From NCBI GenBank assembly GCA_951406725.2, contig OX597819.1, forward strand, positions 620,001 through 684,000: a stretch of DNA of 64,000 nt. The letters run 5' to 3'. The notes below the pieces were generated by a model that saw nothing but the letters and a program-made list of their open reading frames with translations, was not told where the DNA came from and did not search any database. Below, piece by piece: positions 12,401 through 26,000 of the stretch (positions are counted from its first letter, which is position 1; every line of letters starts with the position of its first letter). This stretch comes from Octopus vulgaris. Lineage: Eukaryota. Made by a program: the position numbers and the translations under genes.

Positions 12401-14713
12401 AAACAAATACTGAAAGCCCTTTTTATTAGAAATGTGTACTAATTATGTCATCTGACTTGTAACTACTCTTCCTCTCCCCTGAAAGCTTGTACAGATGACA
12501 GCCGATGAGACGCTTTTGGGTTGAACTGGCCTGTCCTAAATACTGAGTGCGTGAGGGCAGTGGTCTCAAAGCAATCAGATGTATCTGGGGTTGCGCTAAA
12601 GTTCTGGCTGGCTGGAGGTTTTCCCTTTCTAACCAACTGAGGGTGGCCTGCCCTCTTCCTACGTGCTGGCTCCCTTTTGGCTTGGAATAGAACCATCTTA
12701 CAGAACGTGTTGGCTCCGCTTATTTTGCACTGGTCCACTCTTCCAATTGGTACTTGTCGTTATTCCACTCTGGCTGAAGTCCCACAATGTGGTTGGTCTT
12801 CTGGGAAGTCCACTCTGAACTGACTGGCTGTGTGGCAGGCGGGTGCCACCGCTTCCTCGGCAGCTGTGCACAGGCAGTGCAAGCTTGTTACCTCTTACCT
12901 CTTCTTTACCCATCCTGGCTGGATGGGCGCACACAAAGCTGCTTCTCCTTTTGGCAATAGGGTTGCTCGCATCCATTAGATGTCACTTGGTCAATCTATC
13001 AGGGCTAGTGAATGACGTAGAAACATGGCAATGTACAAGGAGAGGTAATTGTAATCCTCCTCATATTTTGTGATCAGTGTTTTTAGTTTAGTTTACTATA
13101 TAAACTTTATAAAGCATCTGGCATTAAGTCTTTTCTTTTCTTTTTTTTTTTTAATATTTTTATATAATTTAAAGATACTTTAATTTTCAAATTTCACTGT
13201 TCATCTTCATATTTACATTTTTTTCTAGAGTAATTTAAATTATTTAAAATTTTAATTTTAATGATAAATAACTAGGAAACTTGTTAAAGCAAACTATTTA
13301 ACATTTGGTGCAGTTTTCCAAAATCAGATTTGGATATATATTTTAGAAAGATTCAAGGAACTCAGTGAAATGAGTTTCTCATTAAATCAACCTAAGTTTT
13401 GTGGCTGTAGCAGCTTGAACTTTTACATGCTGTCTTTGCAACACTGAATAATAAACTTCACTGCTGGTCCAGCTCAGCTGGCTGCTCCTGGGGTTTAGAG
13501 CTCCTGGGGTTTATAGTGGTTACTGTTCAGTAACATATTGTTCCTGTCTGTAACTACCAGCTGAACTTTTACCAGATGCTTTCTTTAAAATGTAGTTTTG
13601 TAATCTTTGACCATTTCTGTTCTAGTAACATTTGTCCGGTAGGTGTCTTGTGTGATATGAGTGCATGTGAGAGTGTTAGATAGAATGGTTATTTTGCTTT
13701 TGAAGTTTTAACTAAAATTTATAATATAGCTTCTGTTCTTTCAAAGGATCTCAAAGACTATATGCGACAGGCTGGTGAAGTGACATATGCTGATGCTCAT
13801 AAGGACCGTAAAAATGAGGGGTAAGTTCAAGGCCATTATTTAATTTTTCTGGTTTTCAGTGAATACCATGCTATTAAAAGAAGTATATTATGTATATTAT
13901 ATTAATTACTTTTTATATCGTAAATTAGTATATATTTTTATATCCTGCTGTTTTAAACTTTAGATTCCTGATAATATATTTTTCTTTTTGTCAGAATTGT
14001 AGAGTTTGCCACATATTCAGATATGAAAAATGCCTTAGATAAATTGGATGATACAGAAATTAATGGGAGGCACATAAGGTTGATTGAAGACAGACCCCGT
14101 AAGCGTAGGCGCAGGTAAGAGGATTTTAAATATGTTTGTGTTACAATGTAAATGTCTTTTTAACTGCATAAAAAGTTAATATTTGATAATGATAAAGAAT
14201 TGTAGACATGTGGTAAAAATCTTAGTAAACAGTTGTGAATAACAAATTGTAACATGTTTAGTTTAGCCAGTATCAATATTGGGAAGATCCAATTTGTGAA
14301 ATATGACGTAAATTTTTGTATGACAAGTTCTAAAATTCTATTTTTTCCTCCTCCTCAGCTCTCGCTCTCATTCACGTAGCCGATCAAGGTCCCGATCTCG
14401 GTCCCGCAGAAGGAGCCGGTCTCACTCTCGTTCTCGATCTGGGTCTCATCACAGTCGATCCCGTTCCGAACAGTCTCGGTCTCGTTCTAGATCAAGAAGT
14501 AGGCAGTCTGCAAGCCGCAGTCCAAGTAAAAGCAGGAGCAAGAGTCCTAGCCATTCCAGATCCAACACGCCACGGTCACGGTCAGTAAGCAAGAGTAAAT
14601 CTAAGTCACGGTCTCCTTCACCATCCCGTTCTAAGTCTAGAACTCCGGAACCAAAGGAAAATGGTTCACCAGTTGAAGAAAATCAAGTCAATGACAAAGA
14701 TGCTAAAGAATGA
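9445..14713 (+). CDS. SRSF4/5/6: Serine/arginine-rich splicing factor SRSF4/5/6 (B52/SRp55-like); join(9445..9567,9747..9817,10410..10514,10967..11036,13747..13820,13995..14114,14359..14713), about 305 aa
   Basis: Manual splicing with GT-AG sites gives [12 protein letters not shown]...[39 protein letters not shown] (RRM1), [41 protein letters not shown] (pseudo-RRM with SWQDLKD) and a C-terminal RS domain. All exon phases are compatible; TGA at 14711-14713. Confidence 0.97.
12486..13044 (+). other. SRSF4/5/6: Candidate poison (PTC-containing, NMD-inducing) exon of SRSF gene
   Basis: GC-rich island in an AT-rich intron. Branch-like TACTAAT/CTGAC plus pyrimidine tract ending gaaag|, donor GAG|GTAATT at 13045, in-frame TGA at 12522-12524. 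Confidence 0.75.
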
Positions 14714-15032
14714 TAATTTGTGCAATTTAATTTTATTTTTTAATATTTGTAAACAAAACCATCCCTTGACCTGTATAAGACTTAAAGGTCTCACTGCAGT
14801 TTGTTTTCCCCACTCATCACAGAAATTTGTATCCTGCCCTTTCATTCTTCAAGGCATTTAATCATTGTAAATAGTCATCATCTTTTGGGAGATTTTCTCA
14901 AAAACTAATTACATCCCCATTTTTATTTAGTAAATGGATAGTTTTGGTTGTTCTTGAAAAACTATTTCACTCCAAAACTATTTCACTTAATTTACACAAA
15001 CATTTTGATTTTGTCATTGAAGTAGGTCTAAA

Positions 15033-15038
15033 AATAAA
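15033..15038 (+). terminator. Polyadenylation signal AATAAA of SRSF gene
   Basis: AATAAA about 320 nt after the stop codon, followed by U-rich downstream sequence. Confidence 0.6.
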
Positions 15039-16639
15039 ACGACATTCATTGGTTACTTTTGCAGTTTTATTTTTATTTCTTTAGCCTCTGCTTTAAGAAA
15101 TATACAATTGGCTTTTTATTCTGAACATGGGTTGACAATTTCTTAAGAGTATATATGTAAGCAAGATTTAAGAATAGTTAGATAAATATTTTAAAATCAA
15201 GACGTTTTGTGTATGTGACTGGATCTTGAAAGATGCTTAAAAGCTTTGATGGCTCCTTTTTCAAATGCTAGGCTTTTGCATCTTCAATATTGTACTGTGA
15301 TCTTAGTCAATAAAATTGGCAACATCTGCTGAGATATAAACTTGAATAGTTTTCTTTGATATTTAATATGCTTCGTTTTTGTTTTATTTTTTTTCTTGTT
15401 GGCACCATTACCTTCTTGGGTATATTACATCAGGATGAATGAATGATAAAATTTACTGCTTGGGATTTGAACTAGCTAAATATGGTATTTTGTTGATTCT
15501 GCTGTCTAGCTCCATTGACAAGATTTGCCACTGAACCATAATGAAGGCTTGTTGGCAATTGTTTTATTTCATAACAGTTTAAAATACTGATCTGCTTTCT
15601 TCCAGTATAGCCACTGTTTTAATTATATTATTGCTACTTGCATTGTTCCACTGTAATGAAATTAGGGTTGCTTTAATCCTGACGCAAACATGAAATCCCA
15701 GTCCAGCATTATTAACTCAGTTTATCATACTGTATTGAATCGATAAAGAACTTATTGTGGCTGAAATGTGTTTTGATCATTCAAATGGGTTACTGGATAT
15801 TTGTTTTTATGAATGACTGAATGAAAGAAAAATATGCAGGTACTGGATCTGTGATGTTCATTGTTGGCTGGTGTCACCGAAGGACTATTTGCTGCTATGT
15901 CCAGATTTATTTTTAACTTGTTACTTATTAAACACAAGTTTAAATTTTGCATTCAAATAACAAAGACTTGAAAAGGACATTTTATTCTTTGTGACACTTT
16001 GGGCGAAGTGTCCTAATATATCCTTTGGTGACCAATACCTTATGAGAAATTTGACAGAAAGTGCTGAAGCTTGTTTCAATGAAAAAAAACCTGAACAGTC
16101 CTCTCTATTAGAATATAGACACATGGGTCTTTTCTAATTTGAAATCTTGTGGTTTATTAGAAACCTATAACTAATGATGCCATTGTTTACCTATGGTGAT
16201 ATAAATTATATCAAATTTAAATGAAATGCATTGGATTTGTGGAATCTTTAATCACTGGAAAATGTCTACCTAGCAACATTTGTAACCAGTCAATTAACTG
16301 GAATGACAAAGTGCACACATGCCTTGAAAAAAAGTTATTTCTTACATATCCTAAACAAAGCTGTTGAGTGATCTGTGCCCAAGACCACATAAGCAAGGTT
16401 TCCTCTGTACTGAACTACCCTAAAGCTTTAGTACTTGGGCTATATGATCAACAATGCAGTAAAAAATAATGGTTACTGTAGAAACAAGACCTTGCATGGT
16501 AACTTTTTTTTTTTTTTTACTTTTTATGCATTTGCTCAGTTTTGACAAAAGCTACAGTTCAAATTCTTTGTGTCTAAACTACCAAATATCCTTGCACATT
16601 GCTAGTCACTGTTTCCATTCTTCCTTTGATTGCACCTAA

Positions 16640-18900
16640 CTATTTTGACTCATCTTCCTGTAACCAGTGATATTCCTAGCATGTGTCTTTCAGTGACTCT
16701 CTTGTGAATATGCAGTCTATTGTGCTGTGTTCATTCTGGTTATTGGTCAAAATATTTCGACAATCTAGTAGACAGCTTGTAGTGGTAAGAATGGCTGTTG
16801 AGCAGGGTGCATCCTCTGGCAGTTCCAAAAAGACTTGCAAAAGTGGACATGTTGTTGATATGCTAGAGGCTGGAAGCCAGCTAAAATAGTGTGTAAAGAC
16901 AAGTTTCAATCCCTCATGAATCAAAGGAAAAGATAAATAGTGCAGAAGCAAGATGTGGCGTAGGTTTGAGAGCAAAAAGTGGATGGTATGAAAACCATAT
17001 TTAGCGATATCCTAACACACTGGGATGCTACACATTTGACACCCAGGAAGTGCCATGCTCAAGTTCACTGATATCTATTTTCTTACATGTAAGAGGAAGT
17101 GTAGGAATTCTAACGTCAGGAAAAGCTGATGACAAGAAACATTGTAAAATTTGGGTTCAGAAAGAGAAATGATAAGAAAATGTTTAGTCACCAAGCCAAA
17201 GTAAAGACTTTACATTGGCAACAGCCCAATTCAGGAAAAGAGATGGACTTGCATAACCTTAAATGCTTAGCATTGAAATGGGATTATGTGGTCAAGAAAT
17301 GAGGCACATTGCAGGACATCCTGGTTACAATGCCATTTAATAGCAATGACCAGTGCTTGCTAAGGTGAAGATCAAAATTGACAAATATAGATAAAATTTA
17401 CTGCACATTTTGATGAATCAGTACATCAGTCTTCAATGTGGTGCAGTTTAAAGAAGAGCTACGCAGCCAGTAGAATGGAAAGCTGCATGTAAGAAGTAAA
17501 CCTGCAGGAACCAAATGGAAGGCCTTTGAGCAAACAAGAAAAATACTAGCAGAATGGAAGACTACGAAAAGGAACAGGAAAGATCACCTTTAGTTTTCCA
17601 CTGCATGGTGAAATGACATTTGAAAAGAGACTTTGAGGACTACAGAAGAGAGGAAAATGGATGCAGGAGAGAGATGTTGCTATATAAATTTGAGACAATC
17701 ATACTCGAGAATGACCGATAAAAGAGTGATGAAGAGGTTTGTGAAACCATTTATCAAATGCTCAATTCACTGTAAGAAGTACCATCCATTTTGGCCAGTG
17801 AAATAGAGAATGCTTTCAAGCTGATGAGAGACAAAGCCCCCAAGAAAAGATGGTATAACAATGGAAATATCAAGTGGCAGAGAGCAGCTGTGGAAAACCC
17901 TCATTCCATATTACTATTGAAGAGTAGAATACTATTTTGATCTGAGAAACTATTGCCCCATATGCCTCTTGTGTCATCACATTTGAAATAGTAACATCAA
18001 CTTTTAGAACAAAGATCTATTTGCACCTTCAAACACTTGTGGAATGAAATATACATTCTTGAAAAACAACTTTTGAGTAATGATGTAGGTGTAGTATCCT
18101 GATGTAAAGCAATGCCTCAATATATTTACCCATTCTAGTATGGAATACCAAATGAAGAAATGGAGCAGTAAATGGCTTATGTGATATCACTGGCAAAACT
18201 AGTTCAGAGGTCTGACTTTATGTAGCTGTAAATGTGCCATAATTAGACTGATCAGAGAATAGGGCACCTTAACCAAAATTGATGTACACAAGAATTTCAA
18301 GTTGGAGATCCTGGTTAATAAATTAAGTTTGTCACAGGTGGAATAGGGGGAGCTACTGGAGGAAGTCATCATCTGAAAGAATATTATCTAGCATTTGTAA
18401 ATTTTTGTTAACGAGTCATGAAAATGAGGTAATGACACAAGTCTTACTGTGTCATTATGATGTTGAGAAGAAACTCATCAAAGGATATTCTCAAGATGGC
18501 TTACAGAGTCAATATATGTTTGGTGTGAGGTGACTGGATGATGCCTGTCTGCAGAAGATTAATCTGAAGAGTGGACAGACATGCTCAGCCAAGAAAATTT
18601 AAATGAAAAAAATTTTCACTGAAGGGCAAAGGAGCAAGTCTCCAATAGATGTGTAATTATAGAAGCTACATATTAGTATTCACCAATGACTAAGTAAGAC
18701 TGAAGGTGATTAATGAAAATGATAGATCAGTAGCTGGCAGCATCGGAGAAATTGCTTTAAGATGGAGGGAAATAGGTGACATTGTCTAAATCTTTGAGAA
18801 ATGGGTAATAAAATCATAGATGGAAGAGTTAAGCAAAACAGGAGTGCACAGCTTATGGGTAATGCAAGACAACTATTGGGTTGGTGTAATCCTATTGCAT
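16640..18900 (+). mobile_element. Highly degenerate LINE remnant (probably RTE-like); boundaries approximate
   Basis: Purine-rich strand bias and remnants resembling KAPGxDGI (about 17832) and KWxGH (about 18570); no intact ORF. Confidence 0.4.
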
Positions 18901-18931
18901 ACCTGACTACAATTCCAGTGAGATATGTATC

Positions 18932-19971
18932 TTAACCCATTCGTTACCAAACCGCCCGAAAAAAACTTTGGTTAATGTGACCAAACAGCCCAAACCCGCC
19001 CGAATTTACCTATTCATATTTAAATGAGAATATCAGAGCAAATCTCTTTAGTACATTTGTGAAAACACGTGATTATGCTTCGTAAACAGTTCATCTACAG
19101 TTTTGTACAAAGATCGACGTGTAATTTTAATTCCCTGAATTATGGGAGATTTTTTTCGGCATCGATTTTTCTTCAACTTTGAAAATGGATAGGAGTTTCA
19201 TGTTATCAAGCATTGATTCAGAGTTGGAAAATCTGTGAAACAAATACTGGGTACTGTTGTGGATTTAGTTTTTATACAGGGAAACTAATGTTAGTCAGCA
19301 TGGCTTAGGGTATGATGTGGTCTGGAAGTTATTGTTTGAAGCGATCAATGCGGAAACAAACTTACGCAGAACGTAAACAAACACAAAATGGGGGTTCAAA
19401 TTTCGGAAAATTTGTGAAGCAAATACTGGGTACTGCGTGGATTTAGTTTTTATACAGGGAAAATAATGTTAGTCAGCATGGCCTAGGGAACGATGTGGTC
19501 TGGAATTTATCACTTCCTTACCATAACCAGGGCCGTATATTATTTTTTGACCGATTTCTTTAGTTCGGTCAAACTTACGGTGGATTCCAATATTTCAGTT
19601 TATTCCACCTTTATGGTACACCTGTTGTGCATTAAATTCAACTGACGATATAGTGATGTGCACAATTCTTTATCAAAATTTTGTTGCATACCCATTTGAA
19701 TATTAGCTGATGATTCATTTTCTATGGTGATGTTTAAACAAAATTTTAATATTTTTACCTGTAATTAAAGTCACTTTGAGACAAAAGTTATGCAATAGAA
19801 TTGATTAAGAACCCTTTCTTTAATTATGTTCCAAATATCACATTAATATGTTGATAAGTAAAAAAAGTTAGTTATTTAATGAAACAAGCCTAGATTCATG
19901 ATTATTTTAGAATTTAATTGAAACTCATGAGGGGTGTATTTTGGTCAGAAATACAGTAACGAAAGGGTTAA
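18932..19971. mobile_element. Non-autonomous piggyBac-like DNA transposon (about 1.03 kb)
   Basis: TTAA target duplications (18932-18935, 19968-19971), termini CCCATTCGTTAC...GTAACGAAAGGG, and an internal ~100-bp duplication (about 19226-19330 and 19405-19510). Confidence 0.85.
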
Positions 19972-20620
19972 AGATGAGTCAGTTATCCATAAGAGGGACA
20001 ACTATTTCCACTTCCTGCTTACTAGTAGTGCAATTTTAATTTTTTGGATTACTATGTTCAAGTATGGTTGTGTCCACTTTAATTCATGTAGAAAGGTGTG
20101 ACATTTCAAACAACTTGATTTTTAAGATCAATCTTTATTTTATTTCTATAGCCAACTCTCAGGTATGGGGAAGGGTCAATAATATTCTATCAATAATATT
20201 CTTGGCAATTTATATCTTGTCACTGGCAGTTAACAGTGTCTATTGCTAACACTCATTGGATGTCTAAATAACTGGAATTTTTGTAGTGCTGATCTCAAGT
20301 TCCATGGTCCAACCTATATTATTCCTTCTTATATATCCTGTAGATACACCATCCACAAGATTAATGCATGATAATTTTGTGATGCTTTTTAGTGTTAGCT
20401 GCAAAAACAAAAAAAAAGACTATTTTCCTAGTCACAGATTAAAACAATAAACAGGATAAGGAAGGAAAAAACATGAGAAGCTGTGTAAGATTTATTGAAA
20501 CAACCATAAGTTACAAGCATGCAATGTTCATCAAGAGTAGCACTGCACATGAAAATATAGACTCAACCAAAATGGATGTCACTGCAATTAATAAAAAAGC
20601 CAATTAAAAGATGATATGAA

Positions 20621-20832
20621 TTAACCCTTTTGTTACAATATTTCTTTTGAAATAAACTGCTTTTGTTTCAGTTAATTTTGAAAATATTGAAGAATTTAAT
20701 AAAATAACTCATCATTAAGATGGTGTTTGGAACTTAAATAACAGGAAGGTTTTGATTTAGATCACTTTAAAACAAAAGTTTGCATTATAGAACCATAGGC
20801 AGTCTCAGGTTGGTTGGTATCAAATGGGTTAA
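20621..20832 (+). mobile_element. Older piggyBac-like MITE copy (another at 522-750, inverted)
   Basis: TTAACCC...GGGTTAA termini and internal similarity to copy A. Confidence 0.7.
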
Positions 20833-23019
20833 GACTTGTTTGAAAAGTAAATCCCTTTCTTATTGAATATTTTAAGCTGTCATGTTATCCTAATTCTTAA
20901 TTTGACTAAACTGTAAACATTACTGCCTAATACTATATGTAATTTTGACTTTAATTTTTGGTGATTATTCTTAGAAATATAACATATATGCATATAAATT
21001 GTCTATCTTATATCCACTTTGGCCAATAAAATAACTAACAGACTAAGGTTACTTTTATTCAAATGCTAGAGGGTTTGATACTGAGCTGATGTCTCAAGGT
21101 TTTGTAATAGCAATGAAAGATGCCAGCTCTGCAACTAGAGTGACAATACCAAAGTGAGATTAAATTACTTTTTAGATTTCACTGCTTATTCAAAAATTTT
21201 GTTAAATGGTCAAACTTGGTTACTGGAAAGAGAACAAGACTATGTAGGAAAAGTTCTTTCAGTCACTGAATTAAAAGCTGGCAGGATGTTATTTACAATA
21301 TAGATTAACAGTTCTCCATGTTATTAGGTCATCTTAATTTATCATAAATATATGCAAATAAATTTGCTAAAATGTAGTGAAAATATAGAATAAAAAGTTA
21401 TTAGGAAAAATAAGTTATTTTCTGTTAACAAAAACTAAACGAAACAAAGCAGTTTAAAAAATCAGCTCTTTCCCTGTTAAATAAAATGTAATGTAAGCAC
21501 GATTAAAAAAACTAAATTGACATCCTTGGACTAGAGAGCCTTTATTTTATGCTCTGTTGTACACAGATGGCTATTCTATGGTGAGTTTTTTGATGCATTG
21601 GTAGTTACTTGCTTTCTAATAGCAAGATAACATACCAGCTATGAGTTATACAAGGCAAGCACACTCAGGTGACTTTTTCAATGTCCTTAGATAATAAAAA
21701 AGTACAAAGAATTCAGGAAACATATAAATGATAAAGAACTGTTGTGGATAAATAATTTTTTTTCTTCCTATATAAATCTGTATATTTTGGTTGACAGGCA
21801 CAGTCCTAACTTGTTCACTTAAAATATTTTGAATGTCTTTACTGGAAAAAGATGAATAGATATAGTTGTACAAAAAATATTAGTCAGACTGATGTAGTTG
21901 AGAGGAGAAGTAAGCATAAATTGCACGAAAATGATAGGGAAAATCTAAAACCATACAAAATGTATGACATTAGAGAATAATATACAGAATGTGCCAGTCT
22001 GGCAGGTTGGAAATCCCGACAAGGCAATGCAACATGAACATATAGAAATAGCAAATGAAAAGGCCCTGAAGAAAAAGGGAGTGAGAAAAAAAATTAATGT
22101 TTTCTTTTTTTCAGAAATATAGCAACATAAAATATCGAAGATAATCTTGTAAGAAGTGAGACAACAGCAGTTAACTTATTTTAACTGTAATAAATAAATA
22201 GAATTGTTTATGCATTTCACTAATCATTACAATCAAAACTACCTTCAATTTCCCAAAATAAATTTAGGTGGGTGTTCTAACTGGAAGAAAGAATTTTCTG
22301 CTGTTTTTGATTACATAGTATACATATATGTTAAAAGAAGGGAATAAACAATTCCAAATGTTAGCAAATTTGCTTCTGTTTATAACATCAGCAACTTTGC
22401 AGCACCTCATCCATTGAAATGCAGAGTCAATTTTAAACAAAATCCACAAATTGAAATCTAGAGTAGTGTACATTGATCAGATAAAGTCATCATCTGTGTT
22501 TATATCAACATTATATTCAATTAAAAAAAATGTAATATAGATAATAAAACAAAAGATGATGATACTGGTCTGCACAATGCATATCACTTAAGCAATAACT
22601 CATTTCAAAAATACAGGCATATAAAGTGAACTCTGCTATACAGTTATGGTAGAGATAGAAAAAAAATATTGCATGCTTGTTGTTCTTACTATTATCATTA
22701 TTATCACCATTGTGTTTTTAAATAATCAAATTTAGTAGATTGTTCTAAACAAATCTCCCACTTCAATTGCATATCAGGATATGAATGCCAAAATAGAAAT
22801 TTGTTGCTAAATAGGCTGTAAATGTTGAGTCTGGCCAGAGAGGAGAATAGCATAAGATAGAAATCAGCAAAAATGACGACAAAGACAAAAGGAAAAGAGG
22901 TGACGCAGTTCAAACAGTTGCAGTACTAAAACAGGAGGCATTCTGAAGCTGCTGACAACAATGCACACAGCCTTTTCTCCTTGCTGTCAAGTGGGTGATG
23001 CAGGCCAAACACAATTGCC

Positions 23020-23036
23020 CTACGTAGGGCACAGAA
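23020..23036 (-). CDS. FEZ2: FEZ terminal coding exon (VLCPT-stop)
   Basis: tttttcag|TT CTG TGC CCT ACG TAG completes the canonical FEZ C-terminus VLCPT. Confidence 0.9.
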
Positions 23037-26000
23037 CTGAAAATAGAATGAATTTTAGGTTAGAAATTTTAAAAATTTACAAAAAGGTAGCTAAATAATA
23101 TTTTATTAAAATGCCTAAATTTGTAAATGAATCAGTCCAAATAAAACTAAAATGCTTAGATCTGCCAGTAATTAAATATTGCAAATAAAATAAATACAGT
23201 CTAATTTTGAACATTTAAACAAAGTATTTTGGAGCAAATATTTTTTGACTGAATGCTATTTTATCATGAAGTATAAAGTTGCTGTTTCCCAGAAATGAAT
23301 AACATAAAATTATTAAGAGTATGAGGAATTACAAATTCACTTATTTGTAAGGTATTGTTAAGAATTAAGAATTTTGATTCACAACTACGTGAGTTCAATC
23401 CCACTATGCAGCACCTGTCTTCTGTTATATCTCTGGGCTGATCAAAGCTTTCTGAGTGGATTTGGTTGGCAGTGCACACTAACTGTAATCAAGTGTCATC
23501 ATCATAAAAGTGATGTCATTTGTTTGTAACCTTGTGTAAGTAAGTCTGGTCACTATGCTGTTCATATTTGAAGGACAAGGGGAAATATTACTGTACTTGG
23601 AAATAAATTAGGTTTGGTAATGGGAAAAACATCCAGAAGTTGAACATTTGGCTCAATGTATTTCCTCTGACTCAAGCAAACAGAGAAGTGACGCTAAAAT
23701 GATGATAATGAATGTGTATCATTTAACCTTCTAATTATGAATAGAAGCAAGAGAAATTAAGTTAACAATGAAGATTATTAAGGTAAGGTCCAAAGTCTGA
23801 GCAAAGGGGTGACGATGTTAATCTATTGGAAAGTTTGAGCAGTTCAGTTACTGAGAGAAGGAGTGTTGAAGCCACAACTGCATAGAAACTCAACAATGCA
23901 GAGTACTTAGGCTGGATGGAACGACAGGTTCAGCAACACCTAAAGGATCTATAACACTTCACTTGTTGCTTTAACTCACCAACCACTTCACTGGAAACCT
24001 TTTTGTTCTTGGTGTGGTAACCTCAGTCCAACATACACAAGGAAAAGTAACTCATTTTATTCTTGGAACCCTTTACTTCACAGGTAATGAAATTATACCT
24101 TAACTTCCATTCTCAAACTTACCAAGAGTACTCTTCTTATCTGTTTATTTATCATCATTTTAATGTCCACTTTTCCATGCCCTTCCTGTTGTCAAACCTC
24201 ACATGTTTTCTAAGTGAAGTAATAATCCCATAATCTATTGAACTAATGAACAGTCTGAACAAAGTTCACACATGTTAAAACATGTAAAGAAGCCCATGTG
24301 CTTCCATGGTTAACTGCAAGCATACATCATCTGCATTTGACAATGAACACACATAAGACAAGGAGAAAATAGAAAATCATTCATACAAACACATTCACAC
24401 ACATACAACAGGCTTCAGTTTCTGTCAACCATTTTCACTCACAAGATATTGGTTGGCCAATGGCTCTGGTATAGAATATTAGCTAACAACTTTCATGCTG
24501 TGGAACCAAACTCCTAACTGTGAGATCCTGAAGCAAACTTCTTAACTGGTTTCTATTGATATTTTATCTAACCTGATTCCTGGTAATATTTTCTTCTGTT
24601 AATGTTTCAGGCTGTAGTGTCATCAATGCACCATTAAAACATGTTTTGCTTTCCTAATTTCATATTTATTATTTTTTTCCACTTGTGTTTGTTTTTCTTT
24701 TTGCTAGCATTAGCAAAGGAAAATGATGTAATGTTTATTAAATAATTTGTGTAATTTAATTGTACAGAATTACATAGGAAGTTGAGCAGATAAATGTTGC
24801 ATGAGTAGTGAGAGGCCTAGTGATATCCAGACTAATTTAAATCATTCCAATGAATGACTGATGTGTAAAATAGATGGTTTTGATGCTGAAATGAATATTT
24901 CAATTGTATCCAATTCCTCTGCCATCACAGATAAAAATCACATGCCGCAGAAGTGTCATTTTCTGATTCTACCTGTCATTCAAATGTGCTGGCAGTGACA
25001 ACACAGGCCTGAACACTGCTGCTACACCAAACCCCTCTGTAGAAGCTACATCAACACTTCACATCCATTTTACTTTATCAGTTTGAGATGGTTAATACAT
25101 CCAATCACTAGAAGGAATGACCAAGACTCATGACAAATTGCTGTGCTTGAAGAGACACGTCAAGCTAAGTAAAATTGTGGCTGTCCTTGCACATCCTCTG
25201 CATCCCTCTTCAGCTGAGTGATCTTAACTCTGTGGGCTCATGGCTACTGGTACAACGTAAAAAGCATCTGTGCCAGTGCTGCATAAATTCACCCAGTTCA
25301 CACTCTGTTAAGTGGTTGGCATTAGGAAGGGCCTCGTCCAGCTGTAGAAACACTGCCAAAATAGACATGGAACCTAGGCAGCTCTCCAGTTAGCCAGCTC
25401 CTGTCAAACTGTCTAAACAATGCAGCAGGGAAAATGGATGTTAAATGATGATGATCTGAAGAAAATTGAAAACATTGCCACTTAAGTTACAAAACCAACA
25501 AAACTTAGAAAGGTTTTATCCTAGTGATATTAGTTTTGCCAATTACTCTGAAGGTCCTAAAATGTACTATATTTCAAAAGACTGAGGTACTATTAAGATA
25601 TGATTTTTCTGTTACATAGAAGACATAGAGACTTTGTTGGACCAATTATACTGTTCTATTTATGCAGAGCAGTATTTATCATGATCTAGGTTGACTAATA
25701 TGTCACAAATATGACATTTAGAAGAGCAAAAATGTATATTTTACATATTAGAGATACTCAATGACAATTTCTTATGCTTAAAAAGCAGTAGTACTACAGT
25801 GGATTAAACTACAGATGAGTTCAAAGATATTACTGGTTTCAAACTTTGGCACAAGGCCAGCAGGTTTGGGGGTGGGGTTGAGCCAATTAAATTGACCCCC
25901 AGTGCTCAACTGGTACTTAATATCAGGCATGAGCAGTAAATGTAAAAGGTTGACAGTAATTGGTCATGAGGCATAGACAGGGCTGTATGCAAATGGCTGA

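Noticed and set aside
12256-12415. Intronic C/D snoRNA candidate (GTGATGA at 12256)
   Set aside because: No appropriately spaced CTGA D box with a terminal stem and no recognisable guide.
12463-13073. Short ORFs overlapping the GC-rich intronic island
   Set aside because: No recognisable protein similarity; better explained as a non-coding poison exon.
14071-14073. His codon (CAC) in NGRHIRL where homologues usually have K/R/N; possible A-to-I recoding to Arg
   Set aside because: The position is variable among homologues and no pairing structure is evident; purely speculative without RNA data.
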